This document shows, piece after piece, positions 8,795-16,261 of a stretch of DNA of 19,755 nucleotides (position 1 is its first letter; each line of letters opens with the position of its first letter). The position numbers and the translations under genes were made by a program. The notes under the pieces are model-generated. The model did not search any database, was not told the origin of the DNA, and saw only the letters and a program-made list of their open reading frames with translations. Origin of the DNA: Fibrobacteria bacterium (GTDB lineage Bacteria > Fibrobacterota > Fibrobacteria > UBA11236); assembly GCA_050486505.1 (NCBI GenBank), contig JBJHDK010000045.1, positions 1-19,755 of the forward strand, in the 5' to 3' direction.

Positions 8795-9273
8795 CGCGAC
8801 ATGACCTTGTCCCAAAAGTATGCCCAGGCTTCCTCCTGCCTTCCCGGGGGGAAAGCGTGTTTTCCCCCGCAGACGGCATCGAGGTACTCATTGATGACAT
8901 CGATGCGTTGGCGAAGAAAGAACTGCTGCCGGCTTTGCACGAAAGCCAGGTCGTCCAAAACATGTTCCGGCATGTGGATTTCCAGAGGGTTCCCGGCTTC
9001 CGGTCCGTCGACCGAAGAGAGGGAAGCACGCAGATAGCGGGAAAAGAAGTCGTCCACCAGGGTCCGGTTTTCCTCCTCGTGATCGCCCATGAGCTTTTCG
9101 AAAAGGGAGTCGCCGTCGCCCGCGCACTTGAGGAGCTGAACGAAGTGTCCGAGAGCCGCCTCATCGACGCGCGCTGCGAGCCGCAGCAGCTCGCGCGAAG
9201 ACAGCGCCGCGAGATCGGACAACGTGCGAAAACGCGGGCCGGTGCGCAGTCCCGACAAATATGCCAGCATCAT
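8791..9273 (-). CDS. Hypothetical protein, translationally coupled to clpS
   Basis: Helical-looking open frame whose TGA overlaps the clpS ATG. Start is uncertain (ATG 9273, or TTG 9297/9312). Confidence 0.7.
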   Translation of the reverse strand: MMLAYLSGLRTGPRFRTLSDLAALSSRELLRLAARVDEAALGHFVQLLKCAGDGDSLFEKLMGDHEEENRTLVDDFFSRYLRASLSSVDGPEAGNPLEIHMPEHVLDDLAFVQSRQQFFLRQRIDVINEYLDAVCGGKHAFPPGRQEEAWAYFWDKVMSR

Positions 9274-9413
9274 GTTTTGATGCTCTTCCGACAGCAAAAT
9301 CAGGCCTCCCAAGGCTCCCCAATATAGTCGTGTCACAGGGGACGGAATCTGCCACAATTTTTAGAATTGTGGGGCGCGGAAAGTCTCCGTGCGTCATTTC
9401 CGGAGCGTTTCAG

Positions 9414-9794
9414 ATGCAGTGTCCCAAGTGCCAGTCCACCATGGAAACCGTCGAATTTTCGGGCATTGCCGTTGATCGGTGCACGGCCTGTCAAGGCATG
9501 TGGTTCGACGGGGTCGAGCATCGGGATCTCAAGAAGGTCAAGGGGTCGGAAACTCTCGACACGGGTTCCGCGAGCGTCGGCAAAGAGAACGACGAGATCA
9601 CCGACATCCTGTGTCCGAAGTGCGGCATCGTGATGACCAGCAAACGGGATGAATATCAAACCCATATTCGCTACGAGACCTGCCCGAACTCCCATGGCGT
9701 GTATTTCGACGCGGGGGAGTTCCGTGATTTCGTCAAGGACGACTTGATGGATTTTTTCAAGGACTTGATGGCCGGCATTCGGCGGGGCAAGTAA
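9414..9794 (+). CDS. zf-TFIIB-type tandem zinc-ribbon protein
   Basis: MQCPKC...DRCTACQGMWFD and LCPKC...TCPNSHGVYFDAGE; GGAG SD at 9402-9405. Confidence 0.88.
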   Translation: MQCPKCQSTMETVEFSGIAVDRCTACQGMWFDGVEHRDLKKVKGSETLDTGSASVGKENDEITDILCPKCGIVMTSKRDEYQTHIRYETCPNSHGVYFDAGEFRDFVKDDLMDFFKDLMAGIRRGK

Positions 9795-9796
9795 CC

Positions 9797-11299
9797 GTGG
9801 CCGGCAAGCTTGAGAAGCGCGCGATGACACAGGGCATCCCCAAGGCGGCTCCGAAGATTCCCCGCAAGTCCGGTGCGACTGCATCGCAAACCCCCGTTCC
9901 AAAAGTCGCGGACACCAAAGGCAACGTGGCCGCGATGTGGGCGGGTCGTTTCTCGCAGGGCATGGCCTCGAGCATGGAGCGCCTGTCGGTGAGCCTGCAT
10001 TTCGACCGCAAGTTGTATCGCGAAGACATCGCCGGGAGCATGGCACACGTGCACGGTCTGCACGCGGCCAAGGTGGTCACGGCCGCAGAACGCGATCGGT
10101 TGATCGAAGGCCTGCGCGGCATCGCCAAGGACATTGCCGCGGGTGCGGATCTGTTCTCCCCGTCGGATGAGGACATCCACATGGCAGTGGAGCGCATTCT
10201 CACGGAGCGCATCGGGGATCTGGGCAAGAAGCTGCACACGGGTCGCAGCCGCAACGACCAGGTCGCGACCGACTTTCGCCTGTACGTGTTGAATCGCGCC
10301 GAGTCCCTGGTCGCGCAAATCGAGGAGTTGCAGCGCGCGTTGTTGAAGCGGGCCAAGGAGTACAAGTCGGACATCATGCCCGGCTACACGCACCTGCAAC
10401 AGGCACAGCCGATTTCCATCGCACATTACCTGTTGTCGTTCTTCTATGCGCTGGAGCGCGACAAGTCGCGCCTGCGCCACGCGTGGTGGTCGGCGGGCGA
10501 GATGCCCCTGGGTTCCGGTGCGCTCGCGGGATCGGCGTTTCCCTACAAGCGCGAGCTGGTGGCCGAGCGACTTGGCTTTCCCTACGTGTCGCGCAACAGC
10601 ATCGATGCCACGGCGCACCGTGACTTCGCGCTTGAGTTCCTCGGTGCGCTGGGATGCCTGGGTGTGCTGCTCAGTTCCTATTCCGAGGATTTCGTGATCT
10701 GGTCCACGTCGGAGTTCGGCTTCGTCAAGCTGGGCGAGGCGTACACCTCCGGCTCGAGCATGATGCCGCAGAAGCGCAATCCCGATTCGATGGAATTGGT
10801 GCGCGGCAAGGCGGGCCGCCTGTTGGGAGCGTACTCGCGCCTGTTCACGGTGCTCAAGGGTCTGCCGCACGCGTATGACCGCGATTTGCAGGAAGACAAG
10901 GAGCCGGTGTTCGACGCCGCCGAGACGGCGGAGGTCTGCCTGCAGGTGATGACGGGTGTGATCGGCACGTTGAAGTTCGATACCAAGGCGATTTTGAAAC
11001 GCATGCAACCGGCATTGTTGGCGACGGATCTGGCGGACATTTTGGTGGAGAAGGGGGTTCCCTTCCGTGATGCGCACCATGTTGTGGGGCGCTTGGTGGG
11101 CACGGCGGAGAAGAAGGGGGTTTCGTTCCTCGATCTTCCCCTGTCCGAGTGGAAGGGTGTTCCCGATGCGGCGGCGGTGAAGAAGAAACTGACGTTCGCG
11201 TTTTCGGTGGATCGCCGCAACATCCAGGGCGGCACGGGCAGCAAGTCCGTGGCGGCCCAGATCAGGGAAGCGGAGAAGGTGCTGAAGAGGGTGGGGTAG
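9797..11299 (+). CDS. argH: Argininosuccinate lyase
   Basis: MWAGRF, EDIHMAVE, LHTGRSRNDQV, MPGYTHLQQAQP and the GSSMMPQKRNPD signature. Exact start is uncertain because of a Lys/Ala-rich N-terminal extension. Confidence 0.96.
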   Translation: MAGKLEKRAMTQGIPKAAPKIPRKSGATASQTPVPKVADTKGNVAAMWAGRFSQGMASSMERLSVSLHFDRKLYREDIAGSMAHVHGLHAAKVVTAAERDRLIEGLRGIAKDIAAGADLFSPSDEDIHMAVERILTERIGDLGKKLHTGRSRNDQVATDFRLYVLNRAESLVAQIEELQRALLKRAKEYKSDIMPGYTHLQQAQPISIAHYLLSFFYALERDKSRLRHAWWSAGEMPLGSGALAGSAFPYKRELVAERLGFPYVSRNSIDATAHRDFALEFLGALGCLGVLLSSYSEDFVIWSTSEFGFVKLGEAYTSGSSMMPQKRNPDSMELVRGKAGRLLGAYSRLFTVLKGLPHAYDRDLQEDKEPVFDAAETAEVCLQVMTGVIGTLKFDTKAILKRMQPALLATDLADILVEKGVPFRDAHHVVGRLVGTAEKKGVSFLDLPLSEWKGVPDAAAVKKKLTFAFSVDRRNIQGGTGSKSVAAQIREAEKVLKRVG

Positions 11300-11300
11300 T

Positions 11301-11375
11301 TGGCCGCGAGAGGGCGCAGAGAGAACAAAGGAAGCGTTTAAAGTTCTCTGTCCTCTTTGTGCTCTTTCGTGGCCA
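11301..11375. repeat. 32-bp imperfect inverted repeat (hairpin) between convergent argH and EamA-like gene; possible bidirectional terminator
   Basis: 11301-11332 matches the reverse complement of 11344-11375 at 24/32. All 8 differences are A/G transitions. Loop is 11 nt. Confidence 0.85.
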
Positions 11376-11388
11376 TCTCTTCCACCCC

Positions 11389-11829
11389 TTACCGCTTGCT
11401 CAACGCGAAGAACACAATCGACACCACCGCTGCGGCGACGCTGAGGATGCCGTAGAGGTTCAGTCCCTCGCGCAGGATCCACGCGCCGAGAATCACGACC
11501 GTCAGGATCAATGCCGTCACGGCGAACAGCGCGTAATACGACGTGTCGTAGCGGCTGTAGAGCAGGTAGAAGCCGAAGAAGGTCAGGAAGATTCCGAAAC
11601 CGGAGAGCGCAATCCATCCACCGTTGCGCCCGAGGTACTCCGTGGCTCCCCGGGTTCCGAAGAAGAAGAACAACATCGCGAAAATCGCGAGGCTCACGGC
11701 CATGGCCCCGGCGGAGAAGAGAAAGGGATTCGGCGCCCCCTCGGCCTTGCGGTTGCCGAGCACGAAGAAGACGTTTCCCAGCGCGGCGATGAAGGCGAAG
11801 GCGAACGGGATGAGGAATTTGGAGGTCAT
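11389..11829 (-). CDS. Small EamA/DMT-like membrane transporter
   Basis: 146 aa, about 5 hydrophobic helices, and a DMT-like LGAWILREGLN segment near the C-terminus. Confidence 0.75.
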   Translation of the reverse strand: MTSKFLIPFAFAFIAALGNVFFVLGNRKAEGAPNPFLFSAGAMAVSLAIFAMLFFFFGTRGATEYLGRNGGWIALSGFGIFLTFFGFYLLYSRYDTSYYALFAVTALILTVVILGAWILREGLNLYGILSVAAAVVSIVFFALSKR

Positions 11830-11846
11830 TGTGGATTCCGGGGGTT

Positions 11847-11891
11847 GTAGGGGCGACCTGTCACCCCGGCGAAGGCCGGAGCGGGTCGCCC
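11847..11891 (+). repeat. GTAG-type REP with a dRS3-like hairpin nested in its loop
   Basis: GTAG GGGCGACC [TGTCACCCCGGCGAAGGCCGGAGCG] GGTCGCCC. Confidence 0.75.
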
Positions 11892-11894
11892 GCG

Positions 11895-12488
11895 CTATTC
11901 AAACAGAATATTCGAAAACGACACAGCCAATAGCGGCACCAGCACCACGTTCGATGCCGTGTGGATTCTCGCGGCGCGTGCGAAGCGGTCGGAATCATTG
12001 TCCTGCGATTGGGCCATGATGATTCCGGTGACCATGGACGCGGCGAACGCGGTGCCGTGCGCGACGGCCAGCCAGCGGTGGGCGTTGTGACTGTCCCGCG
12101 GTCGATCGGGGTCGCGCACCGTGAGGTTGAACAGTGCCATGCCGCCCGCGCCGAGATAGGCGATGATGCCCTTGTTGACCAGCACCCGGTCGACTGTCCG
12201 CCAGGTCGGGTTCCGCGTGCCACCATCGGGGCAGCATTGGTTCGGATCCATGAGTTTGCCGAGATTGCCGCTGGCCGCGCCGATCACCAGCGCGGTGGAG
12301 AATGTCGTGAGCGCCACGGTGCCGAGCAACGCGTGTGCGGTGAAGTAGGGGTCGTATCGCTCGGCCGGTGGCGGCTTGAGCGCCTCCGCCAGCAGCGAGT
12401 CGGGATTGGCCGGCGCGGCGTATGCCGAGTGCGCCCCGAAGGCGATGCATGCAACGATCCCGGAGAGTCGTGTGATCAACATGCGCAT
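11895..12488 (-). CDS. Hypothetical membrane protein with signal peptide
   Basis: N-terminal signal-like segment and about 4 hydrophobic helices with several His residues. Start is ATG 12488 or 12482. Confidence 0.75.
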   Translation of the reverse strand: MRMLITRLSGIVACIAFGAHSAYAAPANPDSLLAEALKPPPAERYDPYFTAHALLGTVALTTFSTALVIGAASGNLGKLMDPNQCCPDGGTRNPTWRTVDRVLVNKGIIAYLGAGGMALFNLTVRDPDRPRDSHNAHRWLAVAHGTAFAASMVTGIIMAQSQDNDSDRFARAARIHTASNVVLVPLLAVSFSNILFE

Positions 12489-12504
12489 AAGATAACGAAG
12501 GACT

Positions 12505-12529
12505 GTAGGGGCGACGCGCTGCGTCGCCC
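12505..12529 (+). repeat. GTAG-type REP
   Basis: GTAG GGGCGACGC GCT GCGTCGCCC, identical to the reverse complement of 16218-16242. Confidence 0.9.
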
Positions 12530-12531
12530 GC

Positions 12532-12574
12532 CTTTAACGAAGTGACGCGCTGCTTTAACGAAGTGACGCGCTGC
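12532..12574 (+). repeat. 21-bp perfect tandem duplication adjacent to REP
   Basis: CTTTAACGAAGTGACGCGCTG x2; the second copy runs into a partial REP stem (GACGCGCTGCGTCGCC). Confidence 0.9.
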
Positions 12575-12692
12575 GTCGCCTGGATCAGCGTGTCACATGC
12601 ACCCCCGTCCAGCGCATACCCCGTCCCGTGCCCCCATGCTACATTTACCCTGTTCCGGCCCCCACGATTCCCCGAAAAACGGAGTTTTTGAC

Positions 12693-13997
12693 ATGCCCCT
12701 CGACCCCCAGGCGCAACAACTCAACGACGCCATCGCCGCCACCCACCCCCAGGTGCTCGACATGCTCTCCGCGCGCGGAAAGGCGATTTACTTCCCCAAG
12801 CTGGGCGTGTTGATGCAGTCGGCCGAGGCGCAGGGCAAAGACATCAACGCCACGGTCGGCATTGCGCTCGACGACGACGGCGCGCCGCTTGTGTTGCCCG
12901 GTCTGGCCAAGGCGCTGCCGCTGCCCAAGGGCAACGCCTTCACCTACGCGCCCAGCCCCGGCCGCCCCGACTTGCGCAAGCTCTGGCGCGAGATGATGCT
13001 GCAGAAAAGCCCGTCGCTCGCGGGCAAGCCGATCAGCCTTCCCGTCGTCACATCCGCGCTCACGCACGGCATCTCGATGGCGGCCTACCTCTTCTGCGAT
13101 CCCAACGACACAGTGTTCATCCCCGATCTGTATTGGGAGAACTACGACCTCGCCGTGACGCTCGCGACGGGTGCGAAGCTTGAGACCTTCAACACTTTCA
13201 CGCCCGAGGGCGGCTTCGACGTCGAGGCGTTGCGCGCCAAGCTGGCGGCGGCCCCGCGCGGCGGCAAGAAAATCGTCAGCCTCAACTTCCCCAATAATCC
13301 TTCGGGATACACGCCCACCGAAAACGAAGTGAAGCAGATCGTGGCCGTTCTCACGGAAACCGCGGAAGCGGGCGGCACCGTGGTCGTTTGGCTCGACGAC
13401 GCGTACTTCGGCTTGGTCTTTGAAAAGGGCGTGTACAAGGAATCCGTGTTCGCGCCTTTGGCCGACGCGCATCCCAACCTGCTCGCGGTGAAGATCGACG
13501 GCGCGACCAAGGAGGATTATGTGTGGGGGTTCCGCGTGGGCTTTCTCACGTTCGGGGTTCAGGGCGGTACGCCCGCCGTTTACGAAGCACTGGAGGCCAA
13601 GACCGGCGGGGCCATCCGTGGCAATATCTCCAACAGCTCACATCCCGCGCAGTCGCTGCTCCTCGCAGAGTGGTCCTCGCCGGACTACGCCGCCGAGAAG
13701 CAAAAGGCTTACGAGCTACTCAAGGCCCGTTACGACAAGGTACGTGCGATCCTGAAAGCGCATCCCGAGTACACTGAGGAATTCACCGCGCTGCCCTTTA
13801 ACTCCGGATACTTCATGTGCATTCGTCCCGTGAAGGTCGATGCCGAGGCGCTTCGCAAGAAGCTGCTGGCGGAGTATTCCACCGGCACGGTCAACTTCGG
13901 TGGCATCTTGCGACTGGCATTTTCGGCGACCCCGACGGACAAACTTGAGAAGCTGTTCGACAACGTGTACAGGGCGGCGCGGGGGATGGCGGCGTGA
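12693..13997 (+). CDS. PLP-dependent aminotransferase class I/II (aspartate aminotransferase-like)
   Basis: INATVG, NFPNNPSGYTP, DDAYFGL and DGATKEDYVWGFRVG (PLP lysine); GGAG SD at 12681-12684. Confidence 0.92.
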   Translation: MPLDPQAQQLNDAIAATHPQVLDMLSARGKAIYFPKLGVLMQSAEAQGKDINATVGIALDDDGAPLVLPGLAKALPLPKGNAFTYAPSPGRPDLRKLWREMMLQKSPSLAGKPISLPVVTSALTHGISMAAYLFCDPNDTVFIPDLYWENYDLAVTLATGAKLETFNTFTPEGGFDVEALRAKLAAAPRGGKKIVSLNFPNNPSGYTPTENEVKQIVAVLTETAEAGGTVVVWLDDAYFGLVFEKGVYKESVFAPLADAHPNLLAVKIDGATKEDYVWGFRVGFLTFGVQGGTPAVYEALEAKTGGAIRGNISNSSHPAQSLLLAEWSSPDYAAEKQKAYELLKARYDKVRAILKAHPEYTEEFTALPFNSGYFMCIRPVKVDAEALRKKLLAEYSTGTVNFGGILRLAFSATPTDKLEKLFDNVYRAARGMAA

Positions 13998-14018
13998 TGT
14001 GGGGCGGCGTAAGGGCTT

Positions 14019-14046
14019 GTCGGGGAAAATAATCATTTGCCCCTAC
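14019..14046 (-). repeat. Degenerate GTAG-type REP palindrome between convergent genes
   Basis: GTCGGGGAAAAT-AATC-ATTTGCCCCTAC imperfect palindrome; the minus strand begins GTAGGGGC. Confidence 0.65.
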
Positions 14047-14054
14047 ACGCACCC

Positions 14055-14876
14055 CTACAACCCTCGCACCGCCGCCACCCCCGCCCCTCCCTCGTCGCTG
14101 ATCCACGGCATCGCCCGCCAGCCCCACAGTGCTGCGTCTTCGCGGTGGAGTTGCACGAACCCCAGCGCAATCAGTGATCCGATCCCGGCACCCGCAATCA
14201 CGTCCGAAGGAAAATGCTTGCCGGCGGCGACGCGCAGCGCTGCTGCGCCCGTCGCGGCGGTGAGGCTTCCCGCCCACAGCCAGCCGCGGTGCTCGAACTC
14301 CGGGTGGCGCAGCGGATAGACGGTGGAGACATACACCGCGCCGAGGAAGGCCGCGGAAGCGTGCCCTGAATAGAATCCTCCCGCGGCCTCCGCTTTGCGT
14401 CGGTCGGCTGCCGGGGCGTTGTCCCCGTACACAAAGGGGCGCGCGTGCACGCGCTCGGCGCGAATATTGAGGTTGATCGCGGAGTTCCACGCGAGTGCTT
14501 GTCCCAAGACAAGAAAATCTTCCCAAAAAGGGCGCCAAGATGTCGTACCGCGCGCGGCATGCCAGGCGTCGGCATAGAGCATGGCGCCGCCTACCCCCCA
14601 GGTCGTCAGGTCGCTGAGCGCATCGGCGCGGGGGTTCCATGTGCCGGCATTCCAGCGATCCCATGGCGCGAGATCGGCACGTCGGAGGTCTTCCGGCCGC
14701 GCAGGTTCCATTTGCGTGAGGCGATACTGGCCGATGGCCTGCCCGGCCAATCCCGTGCCGACGAGGGCGGCCTCGCGCGGCCAGGAGAAGGTGAATGGGG
14801 ATGATTCGGCGTTTGCGACCTGAAGTGAACCTGCGAGCACGAATACGGCACGAAACATGTCGGAGAACCGGAGCAT
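14055..14876 (-). CDS. PAP2-family phosphatase (membrane)
   Basis: HARP, FYSGH and RVAAGKHFPSD match the three PAP2 motifs. Start is ATG 14876 or 14858. Confidence 0.9.
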   Translation of the reverse strand: MLRFSDMFRAVFVLAGSLQVANAESSPFTFSWPREAALVGTGLAGQAIGQYRLTQMEPARPEDLRRADLAPWDRWNAGTWNPRADALSDLTTWGVGGAMLYADAWHAARGTTSWRPFWEDFLVLGQALAWNSAINLNIRAERVHARPFVYGDNAPAADRRKAEAAGGFYSGHASAAFLGAVYVSTVYPLRHPEFEHRGWLWAGSLTAATGAAALRVAAGKHFPSDVIAGAGIGSLIALGFVQLHREDAALWGWRAMPWISDEGGAGVAAVRGL

Positions 14877-15014
14877 CGGGAGAATAATAGCCCCGTACCG
14901 CAGACTGGCATGCCGCGCGACGGGCACTGGGGATCGCTATTTTCAGGTTTTACGAAAGGGGCGGGAATGCCGGGCCGTGAAAAGAAGGATGTGTCGCCGC
15001 TTCGCGGGAGTCCT

Positions 15015-16193
15015 GTGATCAAGGCACTTGCGATCGCATTGTTACTGGCCGCGCTGCTGCCTGGGGAGACGCTGCGCGAGGCTGCCGCGGCCCGGGGCGT
15101 CACCATTGGAGCCGCAGTGACTTTCCCCGGCGGAGCCAACCGCGCACCCTACGAAGAAGTGCTTCGAACCGAGTTCGGGGGGGTGGTGGCCGAGAACGCG
15201 ATGAAGTTCGGATCGATTCACCCCTCACGCAACAACTTCAATTTCACGAGTGCCGATGCGCTTATGGGCTTCGCGGAAGAGAACGGCATGAGAGTGCGGG
15301 GACATACCTTGGTATGGCACAGCCAGGCAGGCTGGGTCGAACATTTCGATGCCCCGCGCGACACGCTGCTTGAGGTGATGCGGCATCACATCACCACGGT
15401 GGTGACGCGTTACAAGGGAAGAATTTTCGAGTGGGATGTGGTCAACGAGGCCGTCACCGGGAATGGCGGCCTGCGGGAAACGTTCTGGCTTGAGCGCATT
15501 GGTCCGGATTACATCGATTCCGCATTCGTCTTTGCGCACAGGGCGGATTCCACCGCGTTGCTTTTTTATAACGACTACAACGCTGAAACCATGAACGCCA
15601 AGTCCCAGGGAGTTTATGACCTGGTTTCGGGACTCTTGCAGCGAGGTGTCCCCGTGCACGGGGTGGGGCTGCAAAGTCACTTCATCAAGGGGCAGATCAA
15701 TGCCACGTCCATGGCGCAGAACATGGCGCGTCTGGAGGCACTCGGCCTGCGTATTTCCATCACCGAGTTGGATATCCGGTTCCAGTCCGCGTCCGACACC
15801 ACATTGGGGCAGCAAAAGGCCGATTACAAGGCCGTGGCCGAAACGTGTTTCCTCCAGCCGGCATGCCGTACATTTTTCGTCTGGGGAGTGAACGACGCCC
15901 AGTCGTGGTGGACGCCGGCCTCCACGTCGCGCCCTCTGCTCTTCACGGGAACGAACCCGATGACTCCAAAACCTTCGTACTTCGGGGTTCTCGAGGCGCT
16001 TCATGCTCTTCCCGCAGTTGTCCCCGACACCGTGCCTTCGGCGCTTCGGCCCGCACGTGCATTGGACGAAAGGATCTTGACGGTCGTTTCACCGAGGGAG
16101 TCGGGGAGCGGCGTCTTGGTACACGGCATGCGCGGCAACCCGCATGATTTGCGGGGCCGGCGAATCGCCCTGCCGCAGTCCGCGGATCCTTGA
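15015..16193 (+). CDS. Glycoside hydrolase family 10 (endo-1,4-beta-xylanase), secreted
   Basis: AENAMK, RGHTLVWHSQ, WDVVNE (acid/base) and ITELD (nucleophile). GGGAG SD lies just before GTG 15015 and a signal peptide follows. Confidence 0.95.
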   Translation: MIKALAIALLLAALLPGETLREAAAARGVTIGAAVTFPGGANRAPYEEVLRTEFGGVVAENAMKFGSIHPSRNNFNFTSADALMGFAEENGMRVRGHTLVWHSQAGWVEHFDAPRDTLLEVMRHHITTVVTRYKGRIFEWDVVNEAVTGNGGLRETFWLERIGPDYIDSAFVFAHRADSTALLFYNDYNAETMNAKSQGVYDLVSGLLQRGVPVHGVGLQSHFIKGQINATSMAQNMARLEALGLRISITELDIRFQSASDTTLGQQKADYKAVAETCFLQPACRTFFVWGVNDAQSWWTPASTSRPLLFTGTNPMTPKPSYFGVLEALHALPAVVPDTVPSALRPARALDERILTVVSPRESGSGVLVHGMRGNPHDLRGRRIALPQSADP

Positions 16194-16217
16194 CCCGGCG
16201 CGATGGCGCATGGATAC

Positions 16218-16242
16218 GGGCGACGCAGCGCGTCGCCCCTAC
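16218..16242 (-). repeat. GTAG-type REP
   Basis: Reverse complement is identical to 12505-12529. Confidence 0.9.
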
Positions 16243-16261
16243 ATATCTTTGGTGTCTCTCC

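Noticed and set aside
9671..11617. 648-aa minus-strand ORF
   Set aside because: Antisense shadow of argH; it also overlaps the EamA-like gene in another frame.
12505..12580. Possible mini CRISPR array
   Set aside because: The repeats are directly tandem with no unique spacers, and no cas genes are present.
12675..12689. AAAAAC-GGA-GTTTTT hairpin over the aminotransferase SD as a riboswitch or thermometer
   Set aside because: The stem is very weak and AU-rich, and no recognisable aptamer lies upstream.
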